From positions 304,564 through 368,563 of the forward strand of contig CAYSUJ010000001.1 in NCBI GenBank assembly GCA_964434285.1: DNA of 64,000 nucleotides, given 5' to 3'. The DNA comes from an uncultured Candidatus Saccharibacteria bacterium (GTDB lineage: Bacteria; Patescibacteriota; Minisyncoccia; Phycocordibacterales; UBA2100). Below, one piece after another: positions 9,514 to 19,402 of this stretch. Each line of letters opens with the position of its first letter. The first letter of the stretch is position 1. The notes beneath the pieces are model-generated. The model was not told where the DNA came from. It saw nothing but the letters and a program-made list of their open reading frames with translations, and did not search any database. The translations under genes and the position numbers were made by a program.

Positions 9514-12500
9514 TTATGCGTCGTTATTCTCGCTTTTAAATTCCAAGTCGATGCCAAGCCCTCGCAGGTGTCGAACCAAGACGTTGAAGGTGGCTGGTGT
9601 GTTTGATTCTTTAATGCGCTCACCGGAAACGATGGCGTCGAATGCAGCGGAGCGTCCGAGGATATCGTCAGACTTATAGGTGAGAATTTCGCGAAGTGAG
9701 TGAGCGGCACCGTAGCCGAGGAACGCCCACACTTCCATTTCTCCAACGCGCTGACCACCGTTCTGCGCCTTACCGCCGAGTGGCTGCTGTGTGGTGAGGC
9801 TGTAGGGACCAATAGAGCGCATGTGGATCTTGTCTTCCACCATGTGGTGCAGCTTGAGCATGTACATCACACCGACCGAAACTGGTTGCGCAAACGCTTC
9901 GCCAGTTCGTCCGTCGAAGAGCACGCGCTTGCCGTCATCGCGGAAGCCTGCCTCCTTGAGTTCTGCCTTAATTTCATCTTCGGTTGCGCCTGCGAACGAT
10001 GGCACCACTGCCTGATAACCAAGCTCGGTTGCCGCGAGTCCCAAGTGAAGCTCGAGAATCTGTCCCAGGTTCATACGACTCGGCACGCCAAGCGGCGTGA
10101 GAATGATGTCGACCGGATTCCCTTCTGCGTCGAATGGCATATCTTCTTCAGGAAGCACGCGTGAGATGACACCCTTGTTACCGTGTCGCCCAGCGAGCTT
10201 ATCGCCGACAGACACAGTGCGGAGCTGTGCTACTTCCACGTGCACACGCTTAATGACACCACTCTCGAGAGAATCGCCGTTTTCGCGTGAGAATACTTTG
10301 ACCGAAATGACGCGACCGCGCTTTCCGCCCTCCATGCGCATTGAGGTGTCCTTCACGTCCTTTGCCTTCTCTCCGAAGATCGCGTGGAGAAGTCGCTCTT
10401 CTGGCGTGAGCTGCGTTTCCCCCTTCGGCGTTACTTTGCCGACGAGAATATCACCTGTTCGCACCTCTGCACCAATGCGGATAATGCCTTCTTCGTCGAG
10501 GTTTCTAAGCTTGAATTCAGAGACGTTCGGAATGTCGTGCGTTGTCACCTCAGGCCCAAGCTTGGTGTCACGCACCACACAGACGAACTCTTCCATATGA
10601 ATGGAAGTAAAGCGCGCTTCTTTTGCGAGCTTTTCAGAGATGATGATTGCGTCTTCGAAGTTCGCACCGGACCATGGAAGAAATGCGACACGCACGTTTT
10701 GTCCGATCGCAAGGTGACCGCGGTCGGATGTTGCAGAGTCGGCAAGCACGCTTCCCTTCTTCACCTTATCGCCCACAGAAACGGAAGGGCGCTGATGGAA
10801 GCACGTAAAGCCGTTTGTTCGAGAGAAATTAATGAGGTTATATTCCTTTGATTTTCCGTCTGCGTTCTTGACCTTGATTGTCTTTGCATCGACGGCAATC
10901 ACTTCTCCCGCTTCTTCAACAAGGAGCATACGCCCCGAATCGCGCGCAGCACTCTCTTCAATACCCGTTGCCACAACCGGCGCATCAGGAATGACGAGCG
11001 GCACCGCTTGCTTCTGCATGTTTGAACCCATGAGTGCGCGGTTTGCGTCGTCGTTTTCGACGAACGGAATGAGAGATGTTGCGACTGAGAACGGCTGATT
11101 CGTTGCGATTTCCATCAAATCCACGTCAGCACGCGCGACGATTGTTGGCTCGCCTTCTTTGCGCACCTCGACGACACTCGGAATGATCTTACCGTCTTCA
11201 TCGACGGGTGTCGCCGCGTGGGCGATCGCATGCATCTCTTCCTCAAGAGCATTCATATACACCACCTCTTTTGTCACCTTTCCTTTCTCCACTTTTGCAT
11301 ACGGAGTTTCGATGATGCCGAATTCGTTTGGGCGAGCATAGAGTGCCATGTGAAGCACGAGGCCGATGTTCTTACCTTCCGGGGTATGGATCGGACACAC
11401 GCGACCGTAGTGTGATGCGTGCACGTCGCGCACTTCAAGACCTGCGCGCTCAGAAACGAGTCCGCCGCGGCCGAGTGTCGAGAGCGTGCGGAGGTGTTCG
11501 ATCTCATCAAGCGAGTTGTACTGCTGCATAAGCTGGGAGAGCTGATCGGTCGTGAAGAACTCGCGAATCGCAGCCTGGAAAGGGCGCGGATTCACAAAGT
11601 TCACCGGGAGCGATGTCTCTGCTTCAACCATGGCCATACGATCCTGGATGTTACGCTTCATGCGCGAGAGGCCGATGCGCATGCGCTGTTCGAGCAGTTC
11701 ACCCACAAAACGAACGCGACGGAAGCCGAGGTGATCAATGTCATCCGGTTCTGCCTTTGGATCGTTATTCGATTGTGCGATGAGGGTGATGATGCGCGCG
11801 ATATCGTCGACAGAAAGCGTCGAGCGTGCGAGATCTTTCTCCGATGTCGGAAGACCGAAGCGTCGATTGAAGTGGAAGCGACCGACTTTTGAGAGGTCGT
11901 AGCGCTCTTCTGAAAGAAGTGAGGCAACGTGGTCGACCGCCGTATCTGCCGTTGCAATATCACCATCACGAAGGCGTCGGTAAATCTCCACTGCCGCCTC
12001 TGCGCTTGTCTTTGCGGTATCAACGGCAAGCGTTGCACGTACCGCAGCAAGGGCGTTTTCATCGCGGAAGTGCGTGAGAATCTGCGCATCGGTCGATGCG
12101 CCCAAGACGCGAAGGAGCGAGGTCACCGGGAAACGGCGCTTGCGATCCACTTTCACGTAAATGGCGTTATCCGCATCAGACTCGATCTCGATCCACACGC
12201 CACGAGACGGGATAATCTTCGCGGCAAAATAATTCACACCCTTCACGAGAACCGTCTCGAAGAAAACACCGTAGGAACGCGCAAGTTGTGGCACGACGAT
12301 ACGCTCAACGCCGTTGATGATGAAGGTCCCGTGCTTGGTCATCCACGGAAAATCTGCAATGAAGATCTCCTGGCTCTTCTCTGAACCCGTCGTCTTATTT
12401 TTAAGCGTCGCAGTCAACGAAAGTGGCGCTTCGTAGGTGCGCATCATGCGCTTTGCATATTCCTCATCGAATCGCACGGGGCCAAACGTGAAATCAGACA

Positions 12501-12687
12501 GTTCAAGCGTGAACTTCTTGCCCGCATGATCGGAAATGGGAGAAAATTCTTTAAAAACTCGAGCAGCACTCTCTCGAGCAAACTGTTCGAACGAATCAAC
12601 CTGCGACTCAACGAGATTCGGAAGCTCGACCAAAGGCTCACGGAATTTGCCGAAGTATTTCTTCGACAGGCGTTTTTGTTTTGCCAT
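9514..12687 (-). CDS. rpoB: DNA-directed RNA polymerase beta subunit
   Basis: Conserved beta-subunit blocks (GRHGNKGVISR, SLREILTYKSDD-like C-terminus), 1057 aa, immediately upstream of rpoC. Confidence 0.95.
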   Translation of the reverse strand: MAKQKRLSKKYFGKFREPLVELPNLVESQVDSFEQFARESAARVFKEFSPISDHAGKKFTLELSDFTFGPVRFDEEYAKRMMRTYEAPLSLTATLKNKTTGSEKSQEIFIADFPWMTKHGTFIINGVERIVVPQLARSYGVFFETVLVKGVNYFAAKIIPSRGVWIEIESDADNAIYVKVDRKRRFPVTSLLRVLGASTDAQILTHFRDENALAAVRATLAVDTAKTSAEAAVEIYRRLRDGDIATADTAVDHVASLLSEERYDLSKVGRFHFNRRFGLPTSEKDLARSTLSVDDIARIITLIAQSNNDPKAEPDDIDHLGFRRVRFVGELLEQRMRIGLSRMKRNIQDRMAMVEAETSLPVNFVNPRPFQAAIREFFTTDQLSQLMQQYNSLDEIEHLRTLSTLGRGGLVSERAGLEVRDVHASHYGRVCPIHTPEGKNIGLVLHMALYARPNEFGIIETPYAKVEKGKVTKEVVYMNALEEEMHAIAHAATPVDEDGKIIPSVVEVRKEGEPTIVARADVDLMEIATNQPFSVATSLIPFVENDDANRALMGSNMQKQAVPLVIPDAPVVATGIEESAARDSGRMLLVEEAGEVIAVDAKTIKVKNADGKSKEYNLINFSRTNGFTCFHQRPSVSVGDKVKKGSVLADSATSDRGHLAIGQNVRVAFLPWSGANFEDAIIISEKLAKEARFTSIHMEEFVCVVRDTKLGPEVTTHDIPNVSEFKLRNLDEEGIIRIGAEVRTGDILVGKVTPKGETQLTPEERLLHAIFGEKAKDVKDTSMRMEGGKRGRVISVKVFSRENGDSLESGVIKRVHVEVAQLRTVSVGDKLAGRHGNKGVISRVLPEEDMPFDAEGNPVDIILTPLGVPSRMNLGQILELHLGLAATELGYQAVVPSFAGATEDEIKAELKEAGFRDDGKRVLFDGRTGEAFAQPVSVGVMYMLKLHHMVEDKIHMRSIGPYSLTTQQPLGGKAQNGGQRVGEMEVWAFLGYGAAHSLREILTYKSDDILGRSAAFDAIVSGERIKESNTPATFNVLVRHLRGLGIDLEFKSENNDA

Positions 12688-12910
12688 GACGCGAATAGAT
12701 TACGCACAGAAACAAGCGGCTCCTTGAGCGCTTGTTTGTCTTTTAAAAATCTAGCAGAGCGTACCCTGAGGTTTTCGTAACTCAATCGCGTATCAAAAGT
12801 ACCCCTGCATTATAGAGCATCACGAAGGAGAGTCAAGAGGGAAACAAGGGGAAGAAATAGAGGTGCAGGCGTGTCCGCCTGCACCAAGTGTTGTGGGGTG
12901 CTCAGATCTC

Positions 12911-13102
12911 TCAACGCTTGAGCGGATCGTAGCGGTCCGGATGCGTTCCGTCATACTCGCCATGTTCGATCATGGCACCCCTCGCCCGCCGTGCCACATC
13001 GGGCCGGAGTTGGAGAGGTTGTTTACGAACGGGTCCCCGAGGAACCTCGTCGCTATACTCGTCATACGAACGCAATTCCTTTGACCGCCTTACTGTAGGC
13101 AT
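12911..13102 (-). CDS. hypothetical small charged protein (63 aa from the internal ATG; the ORF track extends to 13213)
   Basis: Strong SD acggaggg 7 nt upstream of ATG (MPTVRRSKELRSYDEY...). A TTGACA-like -35 lies further upstream on the same strand. No homology recognised. Confidence 0.25.
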   Translation of the reverse strand: MPTVRRSKELRSYDEYSDEVPRGPVRKQPLQLRPDVARRARGAMIEHGEYDGTHPDRYDPLKR

Positions 13103-13185
13103 TGAATTCCCTCCGTTAAGAGTTGTGCACACAACGACCCCACGCCGCTGTGTAGGTAGAGGGTACTCTTGATCCTTGATACCTG

Positions 13186-13860
13186 TCAACTGTCGAGCTG
13201 CTTTTTCTTCCACTCCTCGATCTTCGCATGGTGCCCCGATTTCAAGACCTCCGGCACTGGATATTTCTTCTTTTTCCAGACGAGGACATCAGGGCGTGTA
13301 TAGACGGCAGGAGACGCCGTCCGATTCTCTTCAAGCGAGTCCTTATCACCAAGAACCCCCTTCACATGTCGCGCAACAGCATCCACCACAATTGCCGCAG
13401 GAAGCTCACCACCGGTGAGAACATACGGCCCCACAGACACACGCTTCGCCTTGAGTATCTTCTCCACCCGCGCGTCAACCCCTTCATAGTGCCCCGCGAT
13501 CATGAGAATATGCTTCTTTTTCGCGAGCACTTTTGCCATCTTCGCGTCGAACATTGCTCCTGCGGGAGAGAAAAAGAGTGTCGTGATATCTGTTGTTTTT
13601 AGTTTTTTGTTTTTAGTTTTCTTGAGGGCTGCTTCAGCGGCACTCAAGACGTATTCCGGCGCAAGCACCATGCCGGGCCCTCCGCCATACGGTCTGCGAT
13701 CTATGCGTTCTTTGTAGCTCTTCGCAAAATCCTTCGGATTATACAAATGCACCTTAATTTTCTTATCCTCCTGCGCGCGTTTCAACATCGAGCTCGTGAA
13801 ATAGCCCTCAATCGATTCGGGAAACAGGGTCACGATGTGAAAATGGATCATTATTGACAT
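13186..13860 (-). CDS. trmD: tRNA (guanine37-N1)-methyltransferase TrmD
   Basis: MIHFHIVTLFPE...RRPYGGGPGMVL SPOUT motifs. Confidence 0.9.
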   Translation of the reverse strand: MSIMIHFHIVTLFPESIEGYFTSSMLKRAQEDKKIKVHLYNPKDFAKSYKERIDRRPYGGGPGMVLAPEYVLSAAEAALKKTKNKKLKTTDITTLFFSPAGAMFDAKMAKVLAKKKHILMIAGHYEGVDARVEKILKAKRVSVGPYVLTGGELPAAIVVDAVARHVKGVLGDKDSLEENRTASPAVYTRPDVLVWKKKKYPVPEVLKSGHHAKIEEWKKKQLDS

Positions 13861-13922
13861 AATAACAAATTCGTTATAGAAATCAAACAGACAAAAACTT
13901 CCTTCCCATCTGGAGGATTGCT

Positions 13923-14330
13923 ATGCTGAAAAAAGAAAAGCCAAACGAATTTGTCGCGAGACTCGCGCGCGCGAAGGGTCTGAAGATCAAAGATATCGCG
14001 GAGAGGTGCGGCATAGACCCCGTTGCTTTCCGAAAACGCATGAGTCGCAAAGTCTTCGCCGAAGAAGATTTCCCGAAGCTCGCTAAGGTGCTTGAGTGCA
14101 CCGAGGAAGAGCTTCGTGCACACTTCCGCTCATCGATCGTGCGCATGTATCACTTGCCGCACGGCGCAGAGTCGGTAGACATCATTGACATCGTTCGCGC
14201 CGTCGCATCAAGCGACGCGACGGCCTGCACCATTGAAGAGCTGGTCGACCTAATTCAGGTGAGATCAGCGATAGGGACGATGACGCCGGAGATTGTCCAC
14301 TCAGTCTTAAAAGCGTGGGGGGAGCAGTAG
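13923..14330 (+). CDS. putative HTH DNA-binding protein, divergent from trmD
   Basis: KGLKIKDIAERCGIDPVAFRKRMSRK resembles an XRE/Cro-type helix-turn-helix; 135 aa. Confidence 0.35.
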   Translation: MLKKEKPNEFVARLARAKGLKIKDIAERCGIDPVAFRKRMSRKVFAEEDFPKLAKVLECTEEELRAHFRSSIVRMYHLPHGAESVDIIDIVRAVASSDATACTIEELVDLIQVRSAIGTMTPEIVHSVLKAWGEQ

Positions 14331-14374
14331 AACTCGATCAAGAAATAGCTCGTCGCACGTTGCGGCGGGCTATT

Positions 14375-14701
14375 TTAGTTTCCACTCTTCAAATCCGCAA
14401 TCACGTCGTCAACAGTGCGATCTTTTGCGGCCTCAGCGTCAAAGTGCCGTTCTGAACCCTCGGGTTCCTCGATCTTCAAATTCACGCGCGCATCGTGCTT
14501 CATACCGACGACACGAAGGATGGTACGAATCGCTTTCGCCGTCGCACCCGAGCGACCGATTATCTTGCCCATGTCATCCTTATTGACCGTAAGCGTGAGA
14601 AGCACGCCCATCTCATCAACGACGCGAGTGATTTTCACATCCTGAGGGTTATCAACAAGCGAGGTGACTACGTACTCGAGAAACTTCTGATCGTTTTCCA
14701 T
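14375..14701 (-). CDS. KH-domain RNA-binding protein (YlqC/KhpA-like)
   Basis: VNKDDMGKIIGRSGATAKAIRTIL KH motif; conserved position between rpsP and trmD. Confidence 0.8.
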   Translation of the reverse strand: MENDQKFLEYVVTSLVDNPQDVKITRVVDEMGVLLTLTVNKDDMGKIIGRSGATAKAIRTILRVVGMKHDARVNLKIEEPEGSERHFDAEAAKDRTVDDVIADLKSGN

Positions 14702-14761
14702 GGCGGGTTTCCTAGTCAGTAATACGGAAATGGTGCGCTTTTATTGGCACCGCGTCAAGCC

Positions 14762-15145
14762 TTAAGCCTGCACAGGAGCAGCTTCTTCTGCAGGTGCCTC
14801 CGCTGCTGGTTCTGCCGCTGCTGCAGGAGCCTCGGATACTGGAGCCTCTGCAGCCAGTTCCTCCTTTTTCGGTACCGTCTTCTTGGGAAGCACATTTACC
14901 TTCTTGCCTGAAAGAATGCCCGCAGAAACGAGCATATTGTGCATGGTGCTACTTGCCTGTGCCCCATTCTTGAGCCAGTGTTTGATACGCTCTCCGTCGA
15001 GAACGCGCTCCTTGGTCTTTGGATTGTAGGAGCCGAGGATCTCGGTCGCACGGCCTGACTTAGGGCCATTCGTATGCTCGGTGACCACCACGCGATAAGA
15101 CGGGTTATTGGTACGGCCGGTGCGCTGTAATCGAATCTTTAACAT
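14762..15145 (-). CDS. rpsP: 30S ribosomal protein S16 with an Ala/Pro/Glu-rich C-terminal extension
   Basis: MLKIRLQRTGRTNNPSYRVVV...GSYNP signature. Confidence 0.9.
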   Translation of the reverse strand: MLKIRLQRTGRTNNPSYRVVVTEHTNGPKSGRATEILGSYNPKTKERVLDGERIKHWLKNGAQASSTMHNMLVSAGILSGKKVNVLPKKTVPKKEELAAEAPVSEAPAAAAEPAAEAPAEEAAPVQA

Positions 15146-15186
15146 GAGCCGAGAGTATAACAGGGCTTCCTCCTTGGGTCAAACTC

Positions 15187-17394
15187 CTATTTCGCTACCC
15201 GTTCGGCCTCCTCAAGCTTCACGGAAAGTATCTTCGACACCCCGTCCTGGCTCATGGTGATCCCGTAAAGCTCTCCTGCCGCGCCCATCGTCGCGCGGTT
15301 GTGGGTGATAACGATGAGCTGGCTCTTTTTTCCCAACTCAATAATCATGTCGGCGTAGCGTCGAGAGTTCGCCTCATCAAGCGCTGCGTCCGTCTCGTCA
15401 AGAATAAGAAACGGCGGCGGATTCACCTGTGACATCGAAAAAATGAGTGCGATTGAAGTGAGCGCACGCTCGCCGCCCGAGAGCACCTCCAGCCCGCGGA
15501 TCTTCTTGCGCGGGAGAGCAACATCAATGGAAAGCCCCGAGTATGTCTCCTCTCCATCATCAGTGTTACCCCCATCATTATCTCCATATTCTGAGCCATC
15601 CTGTGGAACAAGGCGACGCCTTGCGTCTTTTTCATCCACAAAAAGCTTCGCGTGTCCCCCGCCAAACAGTTTTACAAAGAATCCCCCAAGGGCTTCATTA
15701 ATGAGTTTGAGGCCGTCTTTAAAACGAGCGTCGATGGTTTCCTCAAGTTCGCCAATCAGATTCTTCAGCGCTGCTGCCGAATGCTCGAGATCCTGCAACT
15801 CCTTAGCGAGAAACGCATCGCGCTCGGTCGTCTGCTGATATTCTTTTTCAATTGCTTCCCCACCACCAACACCAGCTTCTTCAATCTTGATCTTAAAACG
15901 CTCGATCTCACGACGTCGCTTCTCTTGCTCGCGCCGCTCTTCAAGTAGAGCGCCTTCTGGCACCTCGTGCGTATTCCACCCTTCAAACGACGAACCGAGA
16001 AGCGCTATACCCTCGCGCACCTCCTCTTCAAATCGCCGCTTCTGCTCTGCCACATGTTCGTGCTCACTCTTGAGCGCAAACATCTTTGACTGCACTTCAC
16101 GAAGCTGCGCCTCAAACTGCACCTCCTCTCGCTCGGCATGGAATGCGGCCTCGCGCTCCTTCGAAATATGGACACGTACTTCTTCCAAAGCCTTTGCAAT
16201 GCGAGATTCCTCCGCTTCTGCTTTCTCAAGCGCCGCTGTAAGGCGGATCACCTCTTTGCGCGCCTCTTCGTTCGTGATTGGCGCTGCTCCGGAGAGTCCT
16301 TCGATAAATGCACGAATGCGCTCGCGAAGCTGGGATAACAGTGTCTTTACTCTTGCAATATCTGCAATGCCCTCCGCCTCTTCGATCGCCCCGGTAATCT
16401 CACGCACGAAATCACGCACGTGCGGAACCGGCACTACGTGCTCAACGGTTATCGCCGCCGCCTCCACGGCACCTTCCGCTCGCCCGAGATCACGCACTAA
16501 CAGTTCGCGCTTTCTACGCGCCTCGCTGAGTTCTCCCTGCAGCGTTTGTACCTGAGTGAGCAGTGGCGATTCTTTCTGATTCACATGTTTGACCGATCGT
16601 GCCCCCTGTAATTTGCTCTGGAGCTCGCGAATCTCTTTTTCGCGCTCATGCACGTCGTCATTTACACGCGTTGCTTCCGCAGTAAGCCACGCATTCTCAC
16701 GAGCCAGGTAATCAGCGAGCTTATGCGCCAGTTCAGCTTTCATTTCTCGCGCCTTCTCGATTTTTTCGACCTGCGCCTCAAGAAACTTCAGGTGTGGCGC
16801 AAGCTCCCGGCGGAGCGACTTCGTCTTATCAATATTCACCGCCGTTTCCTCAAGTTTGCGCTCGCTTTCGGCTTTTTTGTGCTGGTAGAGCTTCAGCCCA
16901 AGCGCATCTTCCACCATCTCACGCCGCTCACGGGGCGATGCATTCAAAATACGATCAGCCTCACCTTGCGAAATGATTTGATAGCCCGAGCCGCCGATGT
17001 TCGCGCCCGCAAGCAGGCGAATCACGTCTTTCAATCGCACCTGCGAGCCATTTAAAAGATACTCATTTGCTCCATCGCGATGCACGATGCGCTCCACGAC
17101 AACCTCTGAAAAATCGATGTCTAGAAGTCGTTTCGAGTTATCAAAGACGACACGCACCGCCGCACGATTCATGCGTGGAAGCGCGGGTGAACCGCCCCAA
17201 ATCAGGTCCTCGCCGCGCTTGGAACGCATGCTTTTCATCGACTGCTCGCCCAAAACAAACCGGAACCCTTCGGCTACATTCGACTTCCCCGACCCATTCG
17301 GACCCACAATTCCCGCAATACGCGAACCAAAAACAAGCTCGGTCTTCTTCCCGAACGATTTGAACCCCGTGAGCTCGATAGACTTGAGGTACAC
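15187..17394 (-). CDS. smc: SMC-like chromosome-partition ATPase, hinge-less and only about 736 aa. The ORF track extends to 17823; the likely GTG start at 17394 gives (M)YLKSIELTGFKSF
   Basis: N-terminal Walker A FKSF...GPNGSGKSN...LGEQS, long coiled-coil middle, C-terminal LSGGERALTSIALIFS signature, Walker B ILDETDAALD and D-loop. It sits in the conserved rnc...smc...rpsP neighbourhood. No hinge (GxxG/dimerisation) domain was found. Confidence 0.75.
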   Translation of the reverse strand: MYLKSIELTGFKSFGKKTELVFGSRIAGIVGPNGSGKSNVAEGFRFVLGEQSMKSMRSKRGEDLIWGGSPALPRMNRAAVRVVFDNSKRLLDIDFSEVVVERIVHRDGANEYLLNGSQVRLKDVIRLLAGANIGGSGYQIISQGEADRILNASPRERREMVEDALGLKLYQHKKAESERKLEETAVNIDKTKSLRRELAPHLKFLEAQVEKIEKAREMKAELAHKLADYLARENAWLTAEATRVNDDVHEREKEIRELQSKLQGARSVKHVNQKESPLLTQVQTLQGELSEARRKRELLVRDLGRAEGAVEAAAITVEHVVPVPHVRDFVREITGAIEEAEGIADIARVKTLLSQLRERIRAFIEGLSGAAPITNEEARKEVIRLTAALEKAEAEESRIAKALEEVRVHISKEREAAFHAEREEVQFEAQLREVQSKMFALKSEHEHVAEQKRRFEEEVREGIALLGSSFEGWNTHEVPEGALLEERREQEKRRREIERFKIKIEEAGVGGGEAIEKEYQQTTERDAFLAKELQDLEHSAAALKNLIGELEETIDARFKDGLKLINEALGGFFVKLFGGGHAKLFVDEKDARRRLVPQDGSEYGDNDGGNTDDGEETYSGLSIDVALPRKKIRGLEVLSGGERALTSIALIFSMSQVNPPPFLILDETDAALDEANSRRYADMIIELGKKSQLIVITHNRATMGAAGELYGITMSQDGVSKILSVKLEEAERVAK

Positions 17395-17401
17395 GTAGGT
17401 A

Positions 17402-19402
17402 TTGTATCGCACTAATACACACAACGACCCAGCAGCCGCCCGTCCACATTCGACCATCATGTACAATTCCCGCATGTCCATGGAAGGTGGCAAAAACGGG
17501 CCCAAGTCACCGCGCCCTACAATTCTCAAAAGCTTCGGAGAATTACCGACTGCTGAAAGGCCGCATAGAGGTCGCGCACACAAAAAAGAGCGACAGGCTG
17601 TAAGAAACGAAAAAGCATTTTCCCTCAAACGACTGACACAAGAAGCATCTGTGTTTAAGAATGAAATAGACAAGGAACTCAAGTCTATTTTGAGACGAGC
17701 AGGTATCGAGAACGGAGAAGTTGCTATTGAACTCCGTCGAGAAGAGATGCAATTTGAGATAGAAATCGATGTCGCAGATGTTTCTGTACCTGATGCATTC
17801 GACCTCGAGTACGCCGCCGACAAGATAAGGAATCATATTGAAAGCGACCCGCGAAATCCGCATAACATGACTGTCCTAGTGCGTATTTCGCGTGCAAGAG
17901 ACAAGAATCGAGAAGCTCTGGAACGGGGTCGCCCGGCTCCGCACCAGAATGTCGAAGCGCGCCGTGAGATGCTTCGGAAAGAGCTGGAGAGAATGCACGA
18001 TCTACTCGATAAACTCGCTGAACAGCTGGAACGCGACGGGTTTATGCCAAAAAAGGAAAAGCGAGAAATCTATTTCAGGACGTCTCGAACAAAAGAGGGA
18101 CAAGAAATCTACGAGGTCGCAATCGATAATGAGGACGCTCCGCAGTCCATCCAGAACACTGTGCAACGCCTCGCACTGATCGAAACACGTCTCCTCACGA
18201 GTACGCGTGTGCTCGTACAAACTGCCGACGGCAAAGTCGTTATTGAAAGTCGAGAGCTAGGTTCTCGAGTAGAAGGCACACCAGAAAAAGCAGGCGTTGC
18301 GAAAGAAAGTCTCGACAATTTGAAGGCGGAGATGTTCCCTAAGCTCCGATCTCGCTTAAAGGAGTTCGCACTCGCGGTCGGCACTTCCCCACTCAGTACT
18401 GTGGAGGAAAAAATGCTCGCCCGCATCGTATCCGTTCAGGTGATTGAAGCACTCGACGATATTCTTCGTCTCGAGAAAAGCTCTGGAAAAAAGGGAAAGG
18501 AACAGGCGCGCACTAACATGATCGGAGGAACAAACCTCTTCAATCGTCTTCAAAAACTCGCCCTCATCGATGAAACAGGATGCCAGGTCAACCCGGAAAA
18601 TATCGCGAAACATATCGCACACTATTTAGAATCCGGATCTGATGCGAAAGACAATTTCGTCATCGCCCTCCACAACATCTCCGCTCGTTTCCAAAAAGTG
18701 AACCGCGAACGCGCTTTTCCCCGCATCCGAGAGGAATTAGAGAAGAAAATGACTGAGCTCGGTCTCCGATTGGAGAATGCCGATATCCTAGAGGAAGAGC
18801 CGACGCCCGAAACCCCGTGGCGTCTCGCTCTGGGTATTCACCCCGACGCAGACGGCGAGGGTGTACCCACAATTCTCCGCCGACCACTGGGACCAAACCC
18901 CAACCCGGTTGTCACGGCAGAGTTCGCAGCGCTGCTGCGTGATATGGATAGCATAAAACAAATAGAAGCAACTGGTGGCGAAGCACCATCCCCTGCCTCA
19001 GAAACGATTGTTCCCACCCTAGAGGAGTTTGCATCTGATATCGAATCATTAAGTGCATCTGCGGAAACTTCTCGCGCAACAGAGAGTGAAGACGAGCGCA
19101 CCGGGGAATTAGAAAACTTGGTTGCGGCGTTACAAACGCAATTAACAAAGGCGAACGAATCATTCGCTGCGGCGCAAAGTGAGATTGAGACTTTGCGCAC
19201 GTTGTCAGAACAATCAGGCGATGCCCTTATCGATGCTCATGAAAAAATCACGTCGCTAACTGAAGATCTACAGCGCACGGAAGCTCAAAGAGTGCTTCTT
19301 GACGCGTTCGCGAATGAAATAAAAAGAATATCGGAAGACCCAAGGGCAATTCTTGAGATGACAAAAATTGTTGTTGAAGCTTTACGAGAAATTGAAAAAT
19401 GA
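17402..19402 (+). CDS. large hypothetical protein, highly charged and coiled-coil-rich (up to 666 aa; start uncertain)
   Basis: Long ORF in a visibly AT-richer stretch, with no recognisable catalytic motif. Its TGA stop overlaps the ATG of the next gene (ATGA at 19399-19402). Confidence 0.55.
   Translation: MYRTNTHNDPAAARPHSTIMYNSRMSMEGGKNGPKSPRPTILKSFGELPTAERPHRGRAHKKERQAVRNEKAFSLKRLTQEASVFKNEIDKELKSILRRAGIENGEVAIELRREEMQFEIEIDVADVSVPDAFDLEYAADKIRNHIESDPRNPHNMTVLVRISRARDKNREALERGRPAPHQNVEARREMLRKELERMHDLLDKLAEQLERDGFMPKKEKREIYFRTSRTKEGQEIYEVAIDNEDAPQSIQNTVQRLALIETRLLTSTRVLVQTADGKVVIESRELGSRVEGTPEKAGVAKESLDNLKAEMFPKLRSRLKEFALAVGTSPLSTVEEKMLARIVSVQVIEALDDILRLEKSSGKKGKEQARTNMIGGTNLFNRLQKLALIDETGCQVNPENIAKHIAHYLESGSDAKDNFVIALHNISARFQKVNRERAFPRIREELEKKMTELGLRLENADILEEEPTPETPWRLALGIHPDADGEGVPTILRRPLGPNPNPVVTAEFAALLRDMDSIKQIEATGGEAPSPASETIVPTLEEFASDIESLSASAETSRATESEDERTGELENLVAALQTQLTKANESFAAAQSEIETLRTLSEQSGDALIDAHEKITSLTEDLQRTEAQRVLLDAFANEIKRISEDPRAILEMTKIVVEALREIEK

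Noticed and set aside
6200-11892. Long + strand ORFs inside rpoC/rpoB (e.g. 6200-6802, 6792-7394, 8375-8998, 10097-10600, 11419-11892)
   Set aside because: Antisense to unambiguous rpoB/rpoC coding sequence. Low-complexity Arg/Ser-rich translations typical of GC-rich antisense frames.
17395-17823. N-terminal 143-aa extension of the SMC ORF (MSAAYSRSNASGT...)
   Set aside because: Ser/Arg-rich, overlaps the divergent 17402 gene, and the canonical SMC N-terminus (M)YLKSIELTGFKSF begins at a GTG at 17394.
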